Shown one piece after another: positions 19,476-28,759 of a stretch of 64,000 nt of DNA (positions are counted from its first letter, which is position 1; each line of letters begins with the position of its first letter). Source of the stretch: Candidatus Cloacimonadales bacterium (GTDB lineage: Bacteria > Cloacimonadota > Cloacimonadia > Cloacimonadales > JAIOQZ01); the NCBI GenBank assembly GCA_963662655.2, contig CAXXTU010000001.1:1-64000 (forward strand), read 5' to 3'. The notes under the pieces are model-generated. The model did no database searches. It was not told where the DNA came from and saw only the letters and a list, made by a program, of their open reading frames with translations. A program made the position numbers and the translations under genes.

Positions 19476-19708
19476 CCGATCCTCCTTCTCGCGTCTCTCG
19501 CATTTATGCTAAATGCTTCTCCTGTAATCTGACTCAATTCCGGTTCGAGAAGTTCGAGGAATGCGTCAGCTTTTCGCATATTCTTCTCGCCCCTCATATA
19601 ATATTCAAGCATCCGCATCGAAATTCCTATGGTTTCAGAAATCTCGGAAATGCTGATTCCTTTATGCTTTATGGCAGCCTTGAATTCGTTTTGCGTGTAC
19701 TTTTTCAA
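19472..19708 (-). CDS. Ner/Cro-like HTH regulator
   Basis: FKAAIKHKGISISEISETIGIS...YYMRG; first gene of the early operon, divergent from the repressor. Confidence 0.75.
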   Translation of the reverse strand: MKKYTQNEFKAAIKHKGISISEISETIGISMRMLEYYMRGEKNMRKADAFLELLEPELSQITGEAFSINARDARRRIG

Positions 19709-19851
19709 TCCCTTCTCCCTTCCGCTGAAAATTTTCCATTGACACCGGTTCGTGTTTGTGCAATTTCGAGTTCATGCATCAATAAAGAAGAATTGCGTGC
19801 GAAATGTCAACAGATTTCTCGCATAAACTGTAAGTCATTGCAGGAGAAAGC

Positions 19852-20595
19852 ATGGAAGTAAAAGACAGATTGGCGGCTGTAGTTAAGTCGTTAGAAATGA
19901 AAAAGATGGATTTTGCGTCGTCTATCGGCGTGTCAACCGGAAACCTCTCGGACTGGCTCTCTGACAAGAAAAAGAGCAAACCGTCCATCGATGCGCTGGT
20001 TCGTATTTGCGAAATGCATGCCGTGAACATGAACTGGCTGCTCACAGGACAGGGCTCGATGTTCATCGAACCCTTCCCCGAAGCGTTACTCGAGACCGAG
20101 GACGGCAAGAAGAAGCGGCTCGAAATGCTCAAGCACACGGTCAAGACCATCGATGGCAGGCCGTATAACCCGTCCGACAACTACTTCAGCCGGACGGTGA
20201 GTCTGCCGGTGGAAGCGGAGATTGCTGCGGGGCCTCCCGTCAAAGCGAAGAAAGACAGCCTCGCGTATATCGAAATCCCGCGCGTGTTCCTTTCGAGCGA
20301 TACGGTGAACTACTGCGTGTTTCGAGTGAACGGTCACAGTATGGAGCCGAACATCCATCATGGCGACATCGTGGTCATTCATTACAACTACGACTGGATG
20401 AGTCTCGATGGTAAGGTCTGCGCTGTTCGAACCGATGATGGCATCACGCTGAAGAAGGTCCAGCTCGTACCGAAGAACAAACAGGTACTCCTCCTCCCAT
20501 TCAACAAAGACTACAATGTCATCGTGCTCGACGAGGATTCACCAATGGACGTTCACCTCGTGGGTGTGGTGGTGATTCAGTTCAGGCTATATTAG
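19852..20595 (+). CDS. CI/LexA-like phage repressor (XRE HTH + S24 peptidase)
   Basis: HTH FASSIGVSTGNLSDW, NMNWLLTGQG; AG cleavage site IAAG, catalytic GHSMEP and TLKK. Confidence 0.92.
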   Translation: MEVKDRLAAVVKSLEMKKMDFASSIGVSTGNLSDWLSDKKKSKPSIDALVRICEMHAVNMNWLLTGQGSMFIEPFPEALLETEDGKKKRLEMLKHTVKTIDGRPYNPSDNYFSRTVSLPVEAEIAAGPPVKAKKDSLAYIEIPRVFLSSDTVNYCVFRVNGHSMEPNIHHGDIVVIHYNYDWMSLDGKVCAVRTDDGITLKKVQLVPKNKQVLLLPFNKDYNVIVLDEDSPMDVHLVGVVVIQFRLY

Positions 20596-20602
20596 AAGAA
20601 TT

Positions 20603-20658
20603 GGCGAGCATCGGTTCGATCGGGTTCGTTTCACCCGGTCGTTTGACGCTCGCCTTTT
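20603..20658 (+). terminator. Long hairpin terminator after the repressor
   Basis: GGCGAGC...CGATCGGGT-N7-ACCCGGTCG...GCTCGCC-TTTT. Confidence 0.65.
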
Positions 20659-20667
20659 CCATTGCGT

Positions 20668-20943
20668 TTTACAAACGTTTTACAGTCGCTCTTTTACAAA
20701 CGCCCTTTACACACGTTTACAGACGCCCCTTTTACAGTCGCTTTACAGACGATATCCCATGAGCTTGCGCGAATCTCCACGGAAATAACGGCTTAACACG
20801 GCTGCGCGAGTGGAACCCATGTGCCAAACTCGTGGCACTGAAGGGGACGAAACGCACCGTTTCTGCCATTTCTTTACAGACGCTTGCAGATGTCTATCTC
20901 GCAAGTCCGTCGATGCTTGGGTGGAAACCCGAGCGTCTGTAAA
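20668..20943. repeat. Array of TTTACAnnCG decamers (7 clustered, 1 distal, 1 inverted)
   Basis: Copies start at 20668, 20679, 20693, 20706, 20716, 20731, 20742 and 20873; inverted copy CGTCTGTAAA at 20934-20943. Confidence 0.9.
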
Positions 20944-21056
20944 CTTCTGCCAAGGGGGTGTCATTTTATAGTGTGTGTGAAGTGACACGCGATTTGGCAA
21001 ATCGCTACCGGAACTTGACAAAACAAACACACATTACAATAACTTAGAAAAACGAA

Positions 21057-22043
21057 ATGGAGCAGCCTATGATGAAGCTAAAAAATCTTGAGGACAATAG
21101 ACTCCTGGCATTGGACTTACTTTCACACTGGCAATATGATCAGGAATCGATCTCAATCCTTGATCAATTTCGAATATCGGCCAACGCGGTGTACCCGTTC
21201 AATCGATTTGGAGAAATCTGTATCTTGCGGTTTGCACCTGTGGAAGAAAAAAAGGCTGAAAATGTTCAAGCCGAATTGAACTTTCTCTCCTACCTCCGCA
21301 GCAATGGATTCCCAGTCCCTGATACGGTGCCAGCGAAAAACGGATATCAATTACTGGTTATCGATACGGAATGGGGACGATATATCGCGGTTGTGTTTAA
21401 GCGTGTTGCCGGAACGAAAATGGAAGACATCGAGTATTCCGATAGACTGTTCACAGGATATGGGCAAACTCTGGGCAAACTGCATAATCTCAGTCGATCC
21501 TATCATCCGGCCAATCCCAAACGTCCAAGCTGGAAGCAGCAATTAGCCAGTGTAGAATCAGTGTTGCGAGAATGCCATGCTCCGGAAAAAGTACTCGATG
21601 AGGCAGCTCAAATTCGTGCGGGTCTCAATCGGATTCCGGAAACCCATGAGACTTATGGTTTGATTCATTATGATTATCAACTGGACAACGTTTTCTTTTC
21701 AGAATCGCAAGGCATGTTTCCGGTAATTGATTTCGACGATTCGATCTATCATTGGTATGTAATGGATGTAATCATTGCCCTAAACTGCATAGAAAGCGAA
21801 CTCTCCGATCTGTATAAGCAAAGTGCCCGAGAGAACTTCCTGGCGGGTTACCAGCAAATGACTAACTTGCCGGAAGATTTGTTTGCCGAAAGATCATTTT
21901 TTCACCGGTATGAGAACTTGATCCGATACTCTCGTTGTCTCTGGTCCACTTCAGAAGCATATGAGAACGAGCCGGAATGGATGGCTGATCTGAGAGATCA
22001 CCTAACAACGTTAGTTGTTGAATATGAAGAATCATTGGATTGA
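21057..22043 (+). CDS. APH/type II homoserine kinase-like phosphotransferase
   Basis: AELNFLSYL, GQTLGKLH, Brenner motif GLIHYDYQLDNV, IDFDD. Confidence 0.85.
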   Translation: MEQPMMKLKNLEDNRLLALDLLSHWQYDQESISILDQFRISANAVYPFNRFGEICILRFAPVEEKKAENVQAELNFLSYLRSNGFPVPDTVPAKNGYQLLVIDTEWGRYIAVVFKRVAGTKMEDIEYSDRLFTGYGQTLGKLHNLSRSYHPANPKRPSWKQQLASVESVLRECHAPEKVLDEAAQIRAGLNRIPETHETYGLIHYDYQLDNVFFSESQGMFPVIDFDDSIYHWYVMDVIIALNCIESELSDLYKQSARENFLAGYQQMTNLPEDLFAERSFFHRYENLIRYSRCLWSTSEAYENEPEWMADLRDHLTTLVVEYEESLD

Positions 22044-22221
22044 AGCATCAACATAGATTAGATCGATAGTAACTTCTGCCAAAGGGGAATACTTCTTATA
22101 AATGGAGGAAAAACGAACAAGTTAACATCAAACTCATTATTCAAATAAATGCAGAAATTGTTTTACTTATTTTTGGGACATCGGCAAAATGGCGCGCCAA
22201 TAGTTGGGAACTGGAGTGAAC

Positions 22222-22797
22222 ATGGATAAAAAGATTTTTCATTACATAGCGAAATACAGATTATGGATCACGCGTGCGATCGCCCTTGCATGCATCATTG
22301 AATTTTTAATACAGGGCATTCCTCGCTTTGTCCATCAAACGCAATCCATTGCATTCTACTCGATCGGTTCGATTTTGATAATCATGGGTAATTTTATCCG
22401 CTCCTGGGCAGCGGGAGTTTTACACAAACGGAAGAAGGTTACCTGCACTGGGCCGTATTCTCTTTGCCGGAATCCACTCTATCTGGGCTCGGGACTTGTC
22501 GCGATCGGCTTCGGGTTCTTCCTGAACGACCCCTGGTACTGGCTGGCCTTGGTGTTCGTTGCGATATTCATTTACCCGGTGACAATCAAGAATGAGGAAA
22601 TCAACATGAGGAGCCTCCACGCGGAGGAGTGGGATCAGTATACCGATCAGGTCGGTACGTTTTACCCGAAGAAACTGAGGTTTGAAGACATCCAGGCCGA
22701 GTGGTCGCTTAAATTGTGGACCGCCAACCGCGAGTATAACATGTTCGTTGCCTCGATTGTCGCTTTGGTCGGGCTAATCTTCTGGATTCATCTGTAA
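22222..22797 (+). CDS. Isoprenylcysteine carboxyl methyltransferase/PEMT-family membrane protein
   Basis: TM helices; GPYSLCRNPLYLG; EE...Y...V motif. Confidence 0.8.
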   Translation: MDKKIFHYIAKYRLWITRAIALACIIEFLIQGIPRFVHQTQSIAFYSIGSILIIMGNFIRSWAAGVLHKRKKVTCTGPYSLCRNPLYLGSGLVAIGFGFFLNDPWYWLALVFVAIFIYPVTIKNEEINMRSLHAEEWDQYTDQVGTFYPKKLRFEDIQAEWSLKLWTANREYNMFVASIVALVGLIFWIHL

Positions 22798-22847
22798 GAC
22801 GAGCTGCTACTTCAGCAACGTAATCTTCCGCACCTCGGAATATCCGC

Positions 22848-22872
22848 CGTGTCACCCTGAGCGGAGTCGAAG
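22848..22872 (+). repeat. REP-like half repeat CGTGTCACCCTGAGCGGAGTCGAAG
   Basis: Resembles the widespread TGTCA(T/C)CCTGAG...CGAAG REP-type repeats (from recall); inverted partner at 25339-25380. Confidence 0.6.
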
Positions 22873-22878
22873 AGTAAT

Positions 22879-25263
22879 TTACTTCACCATCAGCACCTTC
22901 TGCACCTCAGTCCTATCCCCTGCTTGCAGGCGCAGCAAGTACACCCCACCCGCCACGATCTTCATCCGCTCATTGCGGCCATCCCAGACAGCGGTGTGCC
23001 TGCCGGCAGCGAGGTGTTCGTCCACCAGTATCGTTACGCGTTGCCCTCGAATATTGTACACGTTAAGTTTCACGTGAGCTGCTTCTGGCAGGCTATATGT
23101 GATGCGTGTCCACGGATTGAACGGATTCGGGTAGTTGGCAAGAGCAAGTGCTGTTGCCGGGACATCCTCAGGTTCCGGCTCTGGTGAGACGCCCACGGAG
23201 CCATATTCGTGGCAGCCGATATCGACACAGCCGTCCCACACCCGTGCGCGTTTGCAGAGGTCGAGCGACGGAAGTCCCAGTCCGGTCGTGTCGGGCGTAC
23301 CGGCGTTGATGAGCGGGGAGTCCTCCTGCGGGTAGTAAAATTGCTCGGCATTGGTCAGTAGTGGATTGAGATCGAGATTACCATCACCCCAGATGACCTC
23401 GTTGTTCGGGGAATAAATTCCGTCAATTCCGTTATTCACAAGAGAGTAGCCCACTTCTATCGCACATGGCGCAGAGCTGTCATTCTCAAACTCGTACGCA
23501 GTTTCATCGTAAAACACACAGTTTACAAATCGTGTTGGGTCGACATCAAACTGATCACTCACTCGATGAACCAGAATAGTGCTATACTCGGATTGATTGC
23601 CTGCGAACGTGCAATTCACGAATGCAATGCTTCCAGAATTTGGCTCGACGAAGAAAGTGTGGTCATTGGGTGAAACATTATCGGCAAAAAGACTATTTGA
23701 GACCACAAGGTGTGCGCCAGATTCTGCCCTTCCGTTTAGGATAACGCCCACTCTGTGCCAGTCTGCCCCAAAGTCATTTATGTTGTTCACTACGACCAAG
23801 CCGTTAATATGAGAATCACCGCAGACGTTTATATTGAAGCCTGAGTTCGAATTGTATTCTGGCTCATCGCCAATGGCGTGATTGTTTCGAACAATACAAT
23901 CTTCAATTATGACGTCTTGGCCATTCACAAGAAGCCCTGCATCCAGATACCCTTCGTTGTTCTCTACTACAGCATTGCGCAACGTTAACTGATTTGATCC
24001 AATCAGCGTAACAGATGGAAGTCTGCCTGTTTCGAGCCCCGAGACATGAATGTCCTCGACGAGTGCGCCTGTGCAATGAAGTAAGTATAACGTATGAGGA
24101 GACCATATCTCATCCTGATAGACAGGATAATAATTTGCGAGCGTCATGCCCGAAATCCTGATGCTATCGGCATAGCCACAATACAATAATTTCTGCGCAT
24201 TATACGTCTCCAGAAATGTCATATCGGAACCAGCCCCAATGAGAGACACGTGTGATTTTAGACCAACACCGTATTCCTGATTTCCATTTAGGTCTGTATA
24301 TACACCCGGTTCGAGATAAATACTCCGAGGAGATACTGGATTGGAAGCAATCATGTAGCTTGCTCTGCGAATCGTACGCAATGGATCGGCCGGGCTCAAT
24401 CCGCTGTTTCCGTCATCACCGTTTGGAGAAACGTACAGGTCGGCATCCGTCTCCTCGAATGTCCAGTGATTGTGATGGAGAATCAATTGCGGCTCGGGTG
24501 TAACATAGTCATCAAACTGGATACCGGCATAGGCAGGATAGGGGGTTTCTGTCGTTAGCGTATCAGCGTAGATTTCATAATCGTATTGAGCGTTGCCGAT
24601 TGAAATGTCGTGCCAATAAACACCTTCGTTATCATAAATACTGCATGGATGTTCTGGGTCAGTGAATAGCTGAGAATAGATTAGATTGACTCCAGCGGTT
24701 CCATTACTGGCATGATTATCATGTATGCTGACGTTACTCATATAAAGATCGCCCCAGTAAATGAAATTGATACCAGCACCGAACTCCGCACTGTTATATT
24801 TGATTTGGCAGTTGTTAATGTGGACTTCGTGTATATAGTTATAGTCACCGCAGGCTATATGGACTCCTCCTCCAGCATAAGAGGGCCAATACCAGTTTCT
24901 TATGTAACCTGTACCATGAATGATGGTGAATCCATGTATGATTGCATCCGCTGGCTGGGGCGAACTTTCCAGTACCATACGAACAACGGAGCCACTGAAG
25001 TTTCCATCGAGGATAGTGGAGTGTATGTATTGCTCCTCGCCAGTCGTGTAGTTCAAGCTTGCGAGCGTGATGAACTTGTCATCGATGACGATATTCTCGT
25101 AGTAAGTTCCTGGGTGCACAAGAACCACATCGCCGTTGTTTGCGGCATTAACAGCAGCTTGTACGCTTGTGTAGTCCTGGCTGCCGTCGAGGGCAACGGT
25201 GAGGGTGGTCGTAAAAAGCACCGGAGTCAACAACAACAGAAGCAAGGTTACTCGAGTTCGCAT
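22879..25263 (-). CDS. Secreted parallel beta-helix (pectin-lyase-fold) protein with CTD
   Basis: Start MRTRVTLLLLLL; VALDGSQDYTSVQAAVN..GD.VLVHPGTYYEN; YVSPNGDDGNSG; SPLINAG...DIGCHEY; NYPNPFNP CTD. Confidence 0.85.
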   Translation of the reverse strand: MRTRVTLLLLLLTPVLFTTTLTVALDGSQDYTSVQAAVNAANNGDVVLVHPGTYYENIVIDDKFITLASLNYTTGEEQYIHSTILDGNFSGSVVRMVLESSPQPADAIIHGFTIIHGTGYIRNWYWPSYAGGGVHIACGDYNYIHEVHINNCQIKYNSAEFGAGINFIYWGDLYMSNVSIHDNHASNGTAGVNLIYSQLFTDPEHPCSIYDNEGVYWHDISIGNAQYDYEIYADTLTTETPYPAYAGIQFDDYVTPEPQLILHHNHWTFEETDADLYVSPNGDDGNSGLSPADPLRTIRRASYMIASNPVSPRSIYLEPGVYTDLNGNQEYGVGLKSHVSLIGAGSDMTFLETYNAQKLLYCGYADSIRISGMTLANYYPVYQDEIWSPHTLYLLHCTGALVEDIHVSGLETGRLPSVTLIGSNQLTLRNAVVENNEGYLDAGLLVNGQDVIIEDCIVRNNHAIGDEPEYNSNSGFNINVCGDSHINGLVVVNNINDFGADWHRVGVILNGRAESGAHLVVSNSLFADNVSPNDHTFFVEPNSGSIAFVNCTFAGNQSEYSTILVHRVSDQFDVDPTRFVNCVFYDETAYEFENDSSAPCAIEVGYSLVNNGIDGIYSPNNEVIWGDGNLDLNPLLTNAEQFYYPQEDSPLINAGTPDTTGLGLPSLDLCKRARVWDGCVDIGCHEYGSVGVSPEPEPEDVPATALALANYPNPFNPWTRITYSLPEAAHVKLNVYNIRGQRVTILVDEHLAAGRHTAVWDGRNERMKIVAGGVYLLRLQAGDRTEVQKVLMVK

Positions 25264-25287
25264 GAGGTCTCCCTTAACTCCCCCCCA

Positions 25288-25313
25288 ACCCTCTCCCGCA
25301 AGCGGGAGAGGGT
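25288..25313. repeat. REP-like perfect palindrome
   Basis: ACCCTCTCCCGC-AA-GCGGGAGAGGGT. Confidence 0.75.
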
Positions 25314-25338
25314 GGAGAGAAGAAGATTGTAGCTTATG

Positions 25339-25380
25339 CTTCGATACGTCCCGACAATTCGGGACACTCAGCATGACACG
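25339..25380 (-). repeat. REP-like half repeat with an internal hairpin
   Basis: CTTCGATAC-[GTCCCGA-CAAT-TCGGGAC]-ACTCAGCATGACACG, inverted relative to 22848-22872. Confidence 0.6.
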
Positions 25381-25386
25381 TTTATT

Positions 25387-26832
25387 TTATTTGAGTAACA
25401 GCATCTTCTGCGCCTTCGACTTTCCACCCGATTCGAGCCGGTACAGATAGATACCCGACGACACGTTTTTACCGCACTCATTATCGCCATTCCAGACAGC
25501 TTTATGCGTACCGGCTTCGAGGTGGTCATTCACCAACATCTTCACGAGCTGACCCTTTATATTGTACACCTTCAGAACGACCTTGTCGTCCTTCGGGATC
25601 GAGTACGAGATTGTTGTGGTGGGATTGAACGGGTTGGGGTAGTTAGCGAGGAGCATCGCTTTCGCCGGTGGCGCAATTGCCGGCTCTTCGTCGTTGTCCA
25701 CATAGACCCAGATATCATGGATGTAGGGGTAACAGCCATTCCAACCGGTAGACATATCCCAGATGTCGTCAGCGCCGTTTTCCGTCTCACCCACGAAGTC
25801 CCAGCCAAGGTCGGTATACGTCGATTGTTGCATCATATCTTCCGTGGTGAGGCCGATTACGTTTTCGATTACGATATAGGGATTATCATATCCATCACCC
25901 AGGCCGACACTTACATTGGTCGTCTCGGTATTCCACACACAATTCTTGATGTGGGCATTACCATCCAAATCATCTCCATAGTTGTATGAAGCAATCGCAG
26001 CCCCTGCCGGCGAATGAATCATGCCAATTGTATAGCAATCATCGATACGACCATAATCATTCTTTCCAACAATTCCCCCCGGGCTATCTCCATCCAGCTC
26101 CCCCGCGAAGAAACAATCACTTATACTACCACGATGAAGAAATCCAGCAATACCCCCACGATAAATGCCCTGGTCCAACATACGCATGGTCGAATAGCAA
26201 CCCTCGATCCCGGCACAATCGGACTCTCCTGAAATCCCACCGATGCAATTGGTCGCAGTGACAATTCCGCTGGTATAACTTGCCCTGAGTATTCCACTTA
26301 CGAATGAGCCGCAGATACCCCCTACCGAACTGTATCCTTCAATCGCACCGGCGACAGAACAGTTCGTGATATCAGAGCCAACAGCACAACCGAATATCCC
26401 TCCGACATTTCTGTAACCACTAACATACACATCCTCTAAATGCAGTTCGCACATTTCAGTCCAATAGGCGTATCCGAAGAGACCCTGATAATCGTACCCC
26501 GGATTGTCGATGTACAGGTTGGTTATCTTGTGCCCATTTCCATCATAATGCCCTATAAAAGGGCGTTCTTCATTATAATCAAACGATCCAATCGGGGAGA
26601 GTCCGGCGCCGTCGTTCCAGCTCTCCGTTTCAGCCGCGTCGATGTCGGTGGTTTGGAGGAAAAATAGGCTGTCGCCCCAGACGTCCGGGGTTGTGGATAG
26701 CCAAAGAAGGTTGTCCAGTGTTGCGATTTGATACGGATCCGCCTCCGTGCCGGTACCCGAAGGCTGCACGCCATCCGCAAACGCGAACGACAGCGACAGA
26801 ACGATAACCCATGTGAAGATACCCTTTTTCAT
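25387..26832 (-). CDS. Secreted GLUG-repeat (beta-helical adhesin-like) protein with CTD
   Basis: Signal peptide MKKGIFTW; GTGTEADPYQIATLDNL, F.G.YDGNGH.I.NL, VGGI.G repeats; NYPNPFNPTT...YNIKGQ. Confidence 0.85.
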   Translation of the reverse strand: MKKGIFTWVIVLSLSFAFADGVQPSGTGTEADPYQIATLDNLLWLSTTPDVWGDSLFFLQTTDIDAAETESWNDGAGLSPIGSFDYNEERPFIGHYDGNGHKITNLYIDNPGYDYQGLFGYAYWTEMCELHLEDVYVSGYRNVGGIFGCAVGSDITNCSVAGAIEGYSSVGGICGSFVSGILRASYTSGIVTATNCIGGISGESDCAGIEGCYSTMRMLDQGIYRGGIAGFLHRGSISDCFFAGELDGDSPGGIVGKNDYGRIDDCYTIGMIHSPAGAAIASYNYGDDLDGNAHIKNCVWNTETTNVSVGLGDGYDNPYIVIENVIGLTTEDMMQQSTYTDLGWDFVGETENGADDIWDMSTGWNGCYPYIHDIWVYVDNDEEPAIAPPAKAMLLANYPNPFNPTTTISYSIPKDDKVVLKVYNIKGQLVKMLVNDHLEAGTHKAVWNGDNECGKNVSSGIYLYRLESGGKSKAQKMLLLK

Positions 26833-26962
26833 ACTCCCTCCTGAAATTAAAAAACACCTCATACACGAATCGTCAGATATAAATCAATGCATAACGTTAT
26901 ATTAAAGTATTGTCAATTTTTTTCTCTTGCCAGAGAATTTCTTCCATTTGCGATCGCTACCT

Positions 26963-26979
26963 TTGGCACCCCGTTTGCA
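26963..26979 (+). promoter_or_regulatory. Sigma54 (-24/-12) promoter of the amidotransferase-glycosyltransferase operon
   Basis: TTGGCACCCCGTTTGCA = GG-N10-GC consensus, about 80 bp upstream of the ATG at 27062. Confidence 0.75.
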
Positions 26980-27061
26980 CATGGTACGGATGGAAATCTG
27001 TCTTTGCGGAAAAAAATTCCCGGAGCTCAATCGACAGGGACGTTAAAATTGAGGATGTTCG

Positions 27062-28759
27062 ATGTGTGGAATCGTAGGAATACTGGATCATAAGAAACAG
27101 CCGGATCAAGGCGAACTGGACCGTTTTACCGATTCGCTCGCCCACCGCGGGCCGGATGGCCGCGGTACATGGACAGGCGAAGGGATCGGACTCGGGCACA
27201 GGCGTTTAGCCATCCTGGACCTCACGGATACAGGGAAATGCCCCATGCCGTATGGGGATAACAATCGCTGGTGGATCACTTACAATGGCGAAATCTACAA
27301 TTTCATCGAACTCCGCCGCGAGCTGGAAGAAATGGGCCACCGTTTTCGCTCCGAAACCGATACAGAAGTTATTGCCGCTGCGTATGCCGAATGGGGAAAA
27401 GAGTGCCTCCTCCGCTTCAACGGGATGTGGGCTTTCGCCATCTGGGATACGCAGGAGAAGACGCTGTTCCTGGCTCGCGACCGCTTCGGGATCAAACCGC
27501 TTTACTACACACCGCTCGGCAATCGTTTCGCCTTCGCTTCCGAGATGAAGGCGTTCCGGCAACTGAACGACTTCCAGTCCGGCGTGAACGACCAGGCGCT
27601 CAAAGCCTATCTCGACGATCCCAAGGCTGCCGAGGGCAAGACGGACCAGACGCCACTCAAGGATGTTTTCAAGCTTCAACCCGGCTGCTGCATGACGATA
27701 AAACCTCACAAAGAACCGCAAGTCGAACGCTGGTGGGAAACCAGCGATCACTACCCGGAGGTTCCGGAGGACTATCCCGAGCAGGTAGAAAAACTGCGCG
27801 AGCTGTTCCTCGATTCGGTTCGGTTGCGCATGCGCAGCGACGTCTCCATCGGGAGCTGCCTCAGCGGCGGAATCGATTCCAGCGGTGTCGTCGGTGCTTT
27901 AGCGCTGCTGCATCGGCAGAACAAGGGGCTCGAACGCAGCCCGTCCGAGTGGCAGAAAGCCTTCGTGGCAACCTTCCCGGGAAGCGCGATCGACGAACGA
28001 GAATACGCGGAAGAGGTGATCCAACTCACCGGCGCAAAGCCTTACTACTGGCTTTTCGATGGAGAGAAAGCGGTACGCAATACCGTGGATGTCATCTGGG
28101 CGCATGAAAGCATCTATCAGGGCAACATGGTCCCCATCTGGGCTACGTACCGCGAGCTTCGCAACGACGGCACGGTCGTTACGCTGGACGGCCACGGCGC
28201 GGATGAAATGCTGGGCGGCTACATCTGGTATTTCGATGAAACCTGGAAGACGCTCAACCGGAAGCTCTACGACGATTTTCACCAGGCTCTGCCGACGCTT
28301 CTCCGCAACTTCGATCGAAGCGCGATGGCGCACGGCGTGGAGATTCGCACCCCGTACCTCGATTGGCGGCTCGTAACCTACATTCACGCGCTCCCGCCCG
28401 AAGCGAAGATCGGCAAGGGCTTCACCAAGCGCATCCTGCGAGACGCCCTGGAGGGGATCATCCCCGATCGTATCCGGCAGCGACGACTCAAGATGGGGTT
28501 CTCTTCACCCATGGTGGAGTGGTTCAACGGCGGGATGGCATCGCTCATCCTCGACACCATCGAGCACCCGCTCTGGAAAGGCAGCCCGTTTTGGAACGCG
28601 GAAGCGATCACCGATGAAATCCGGCACAAGACCTCCCATCACCTGTGGAAAGACTCCGAAAAAAGCAAGATCAGCAAATTCTGGCTGTACATAAACGCGG
28701 TTCTGTGGTTCCGAGTATTCATTGACGGCGAAAACCCCGATAACCTGAGGATGCTATGA
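27062..28759 (+). CDS. asnB: Asparagine synthase (glutamine-hydrolysing) family amidotransferase, probably glycan amidation
   Basis: MCGI N-terminal nucleophile, HRGPD, YNGEIYNF, LSGGIDSS, G.GADE..GGY. Confidence 0.92.
   Translation: MCGIVGILDHKKQPDQGELDRFTDSLAHRGPDGRGTWTGEGIGLGHRRLAILDLTDTGKCPMPYGDNNRWWITYNGEIYNFIELRRELEEMGHRFRSETDTEVIAAAYAEWGKECLLRFNGMWAFAIWDTQEKTLFLARDRFGIKPLYYTPLGNRFAFASEMKAFRQLNDFQSGVNDQALKAYLDDPKAAEGKTDQTPLKDVFKLQPGCCMTIKPHKEPQVERWWETSDHYPEVPEDYPEQVEKLRELFLDSVRLRMRSDVSIGSCLSGGIDSSGVVGALALLHRQNKGLERSPSEWQKAFVATFPGSAIDEREYAEEVIQLTGAKPYYWLFDGEKAVRNTVDVIWAHESIYQGNMVPIWATYRELRNDGTVVTLDGHGADEMLGGYIWYFDETWKTLNRKLYDDFHQALPTLLRNFDRSAMAHGVEIRTPYLDWRLVTYIHALPPEAKIGKGFTKRILRDALEGIIPDRIRQRRLKMGFSSPMVEWFNGGMASLILDTIEHPLWKGSPFWNAEAITDEIRHKTSHHLWKDSEKSKISKFWLYINAVLWFRVFIDGENPDNLRML

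Larger units (their letters stand above)
11450..21038 (-). mobile_element. Mu-like transposable phage element, partial or defective (no portal/capsid/tail); boundaries approximate
   Basis: Mu-like order: repressor divergent from Ner-MuA-MuB-...-DUF3164-HTH-TerS-TerL-gpF; GC-richer than flanks; repeat-rich end region beyond the repressor. Confidence 0.85.

Noticed and set aside
20668..20751. Possible CRISPR array
   Set aside because: 10-bp units with 0-5 bp gaps, no spacers, no cas genes
21015..21040. TTGACA...TACAAT promoter for the phosphotransferase
   Set aside because: Spacer is only 14 nt
21057..22043. Aminoglycoside-resistance gene call
   Set aside because: Only fold-level APH/kinase motifs; substrate cannot be assigned from sequence
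25264..25374. Extended N-terminus (PLPLAGEGWGG) of ORF 22879..25374
   Set aside because: Translation of REP-like palindromes; SD and signal peptide point to ATG 25263
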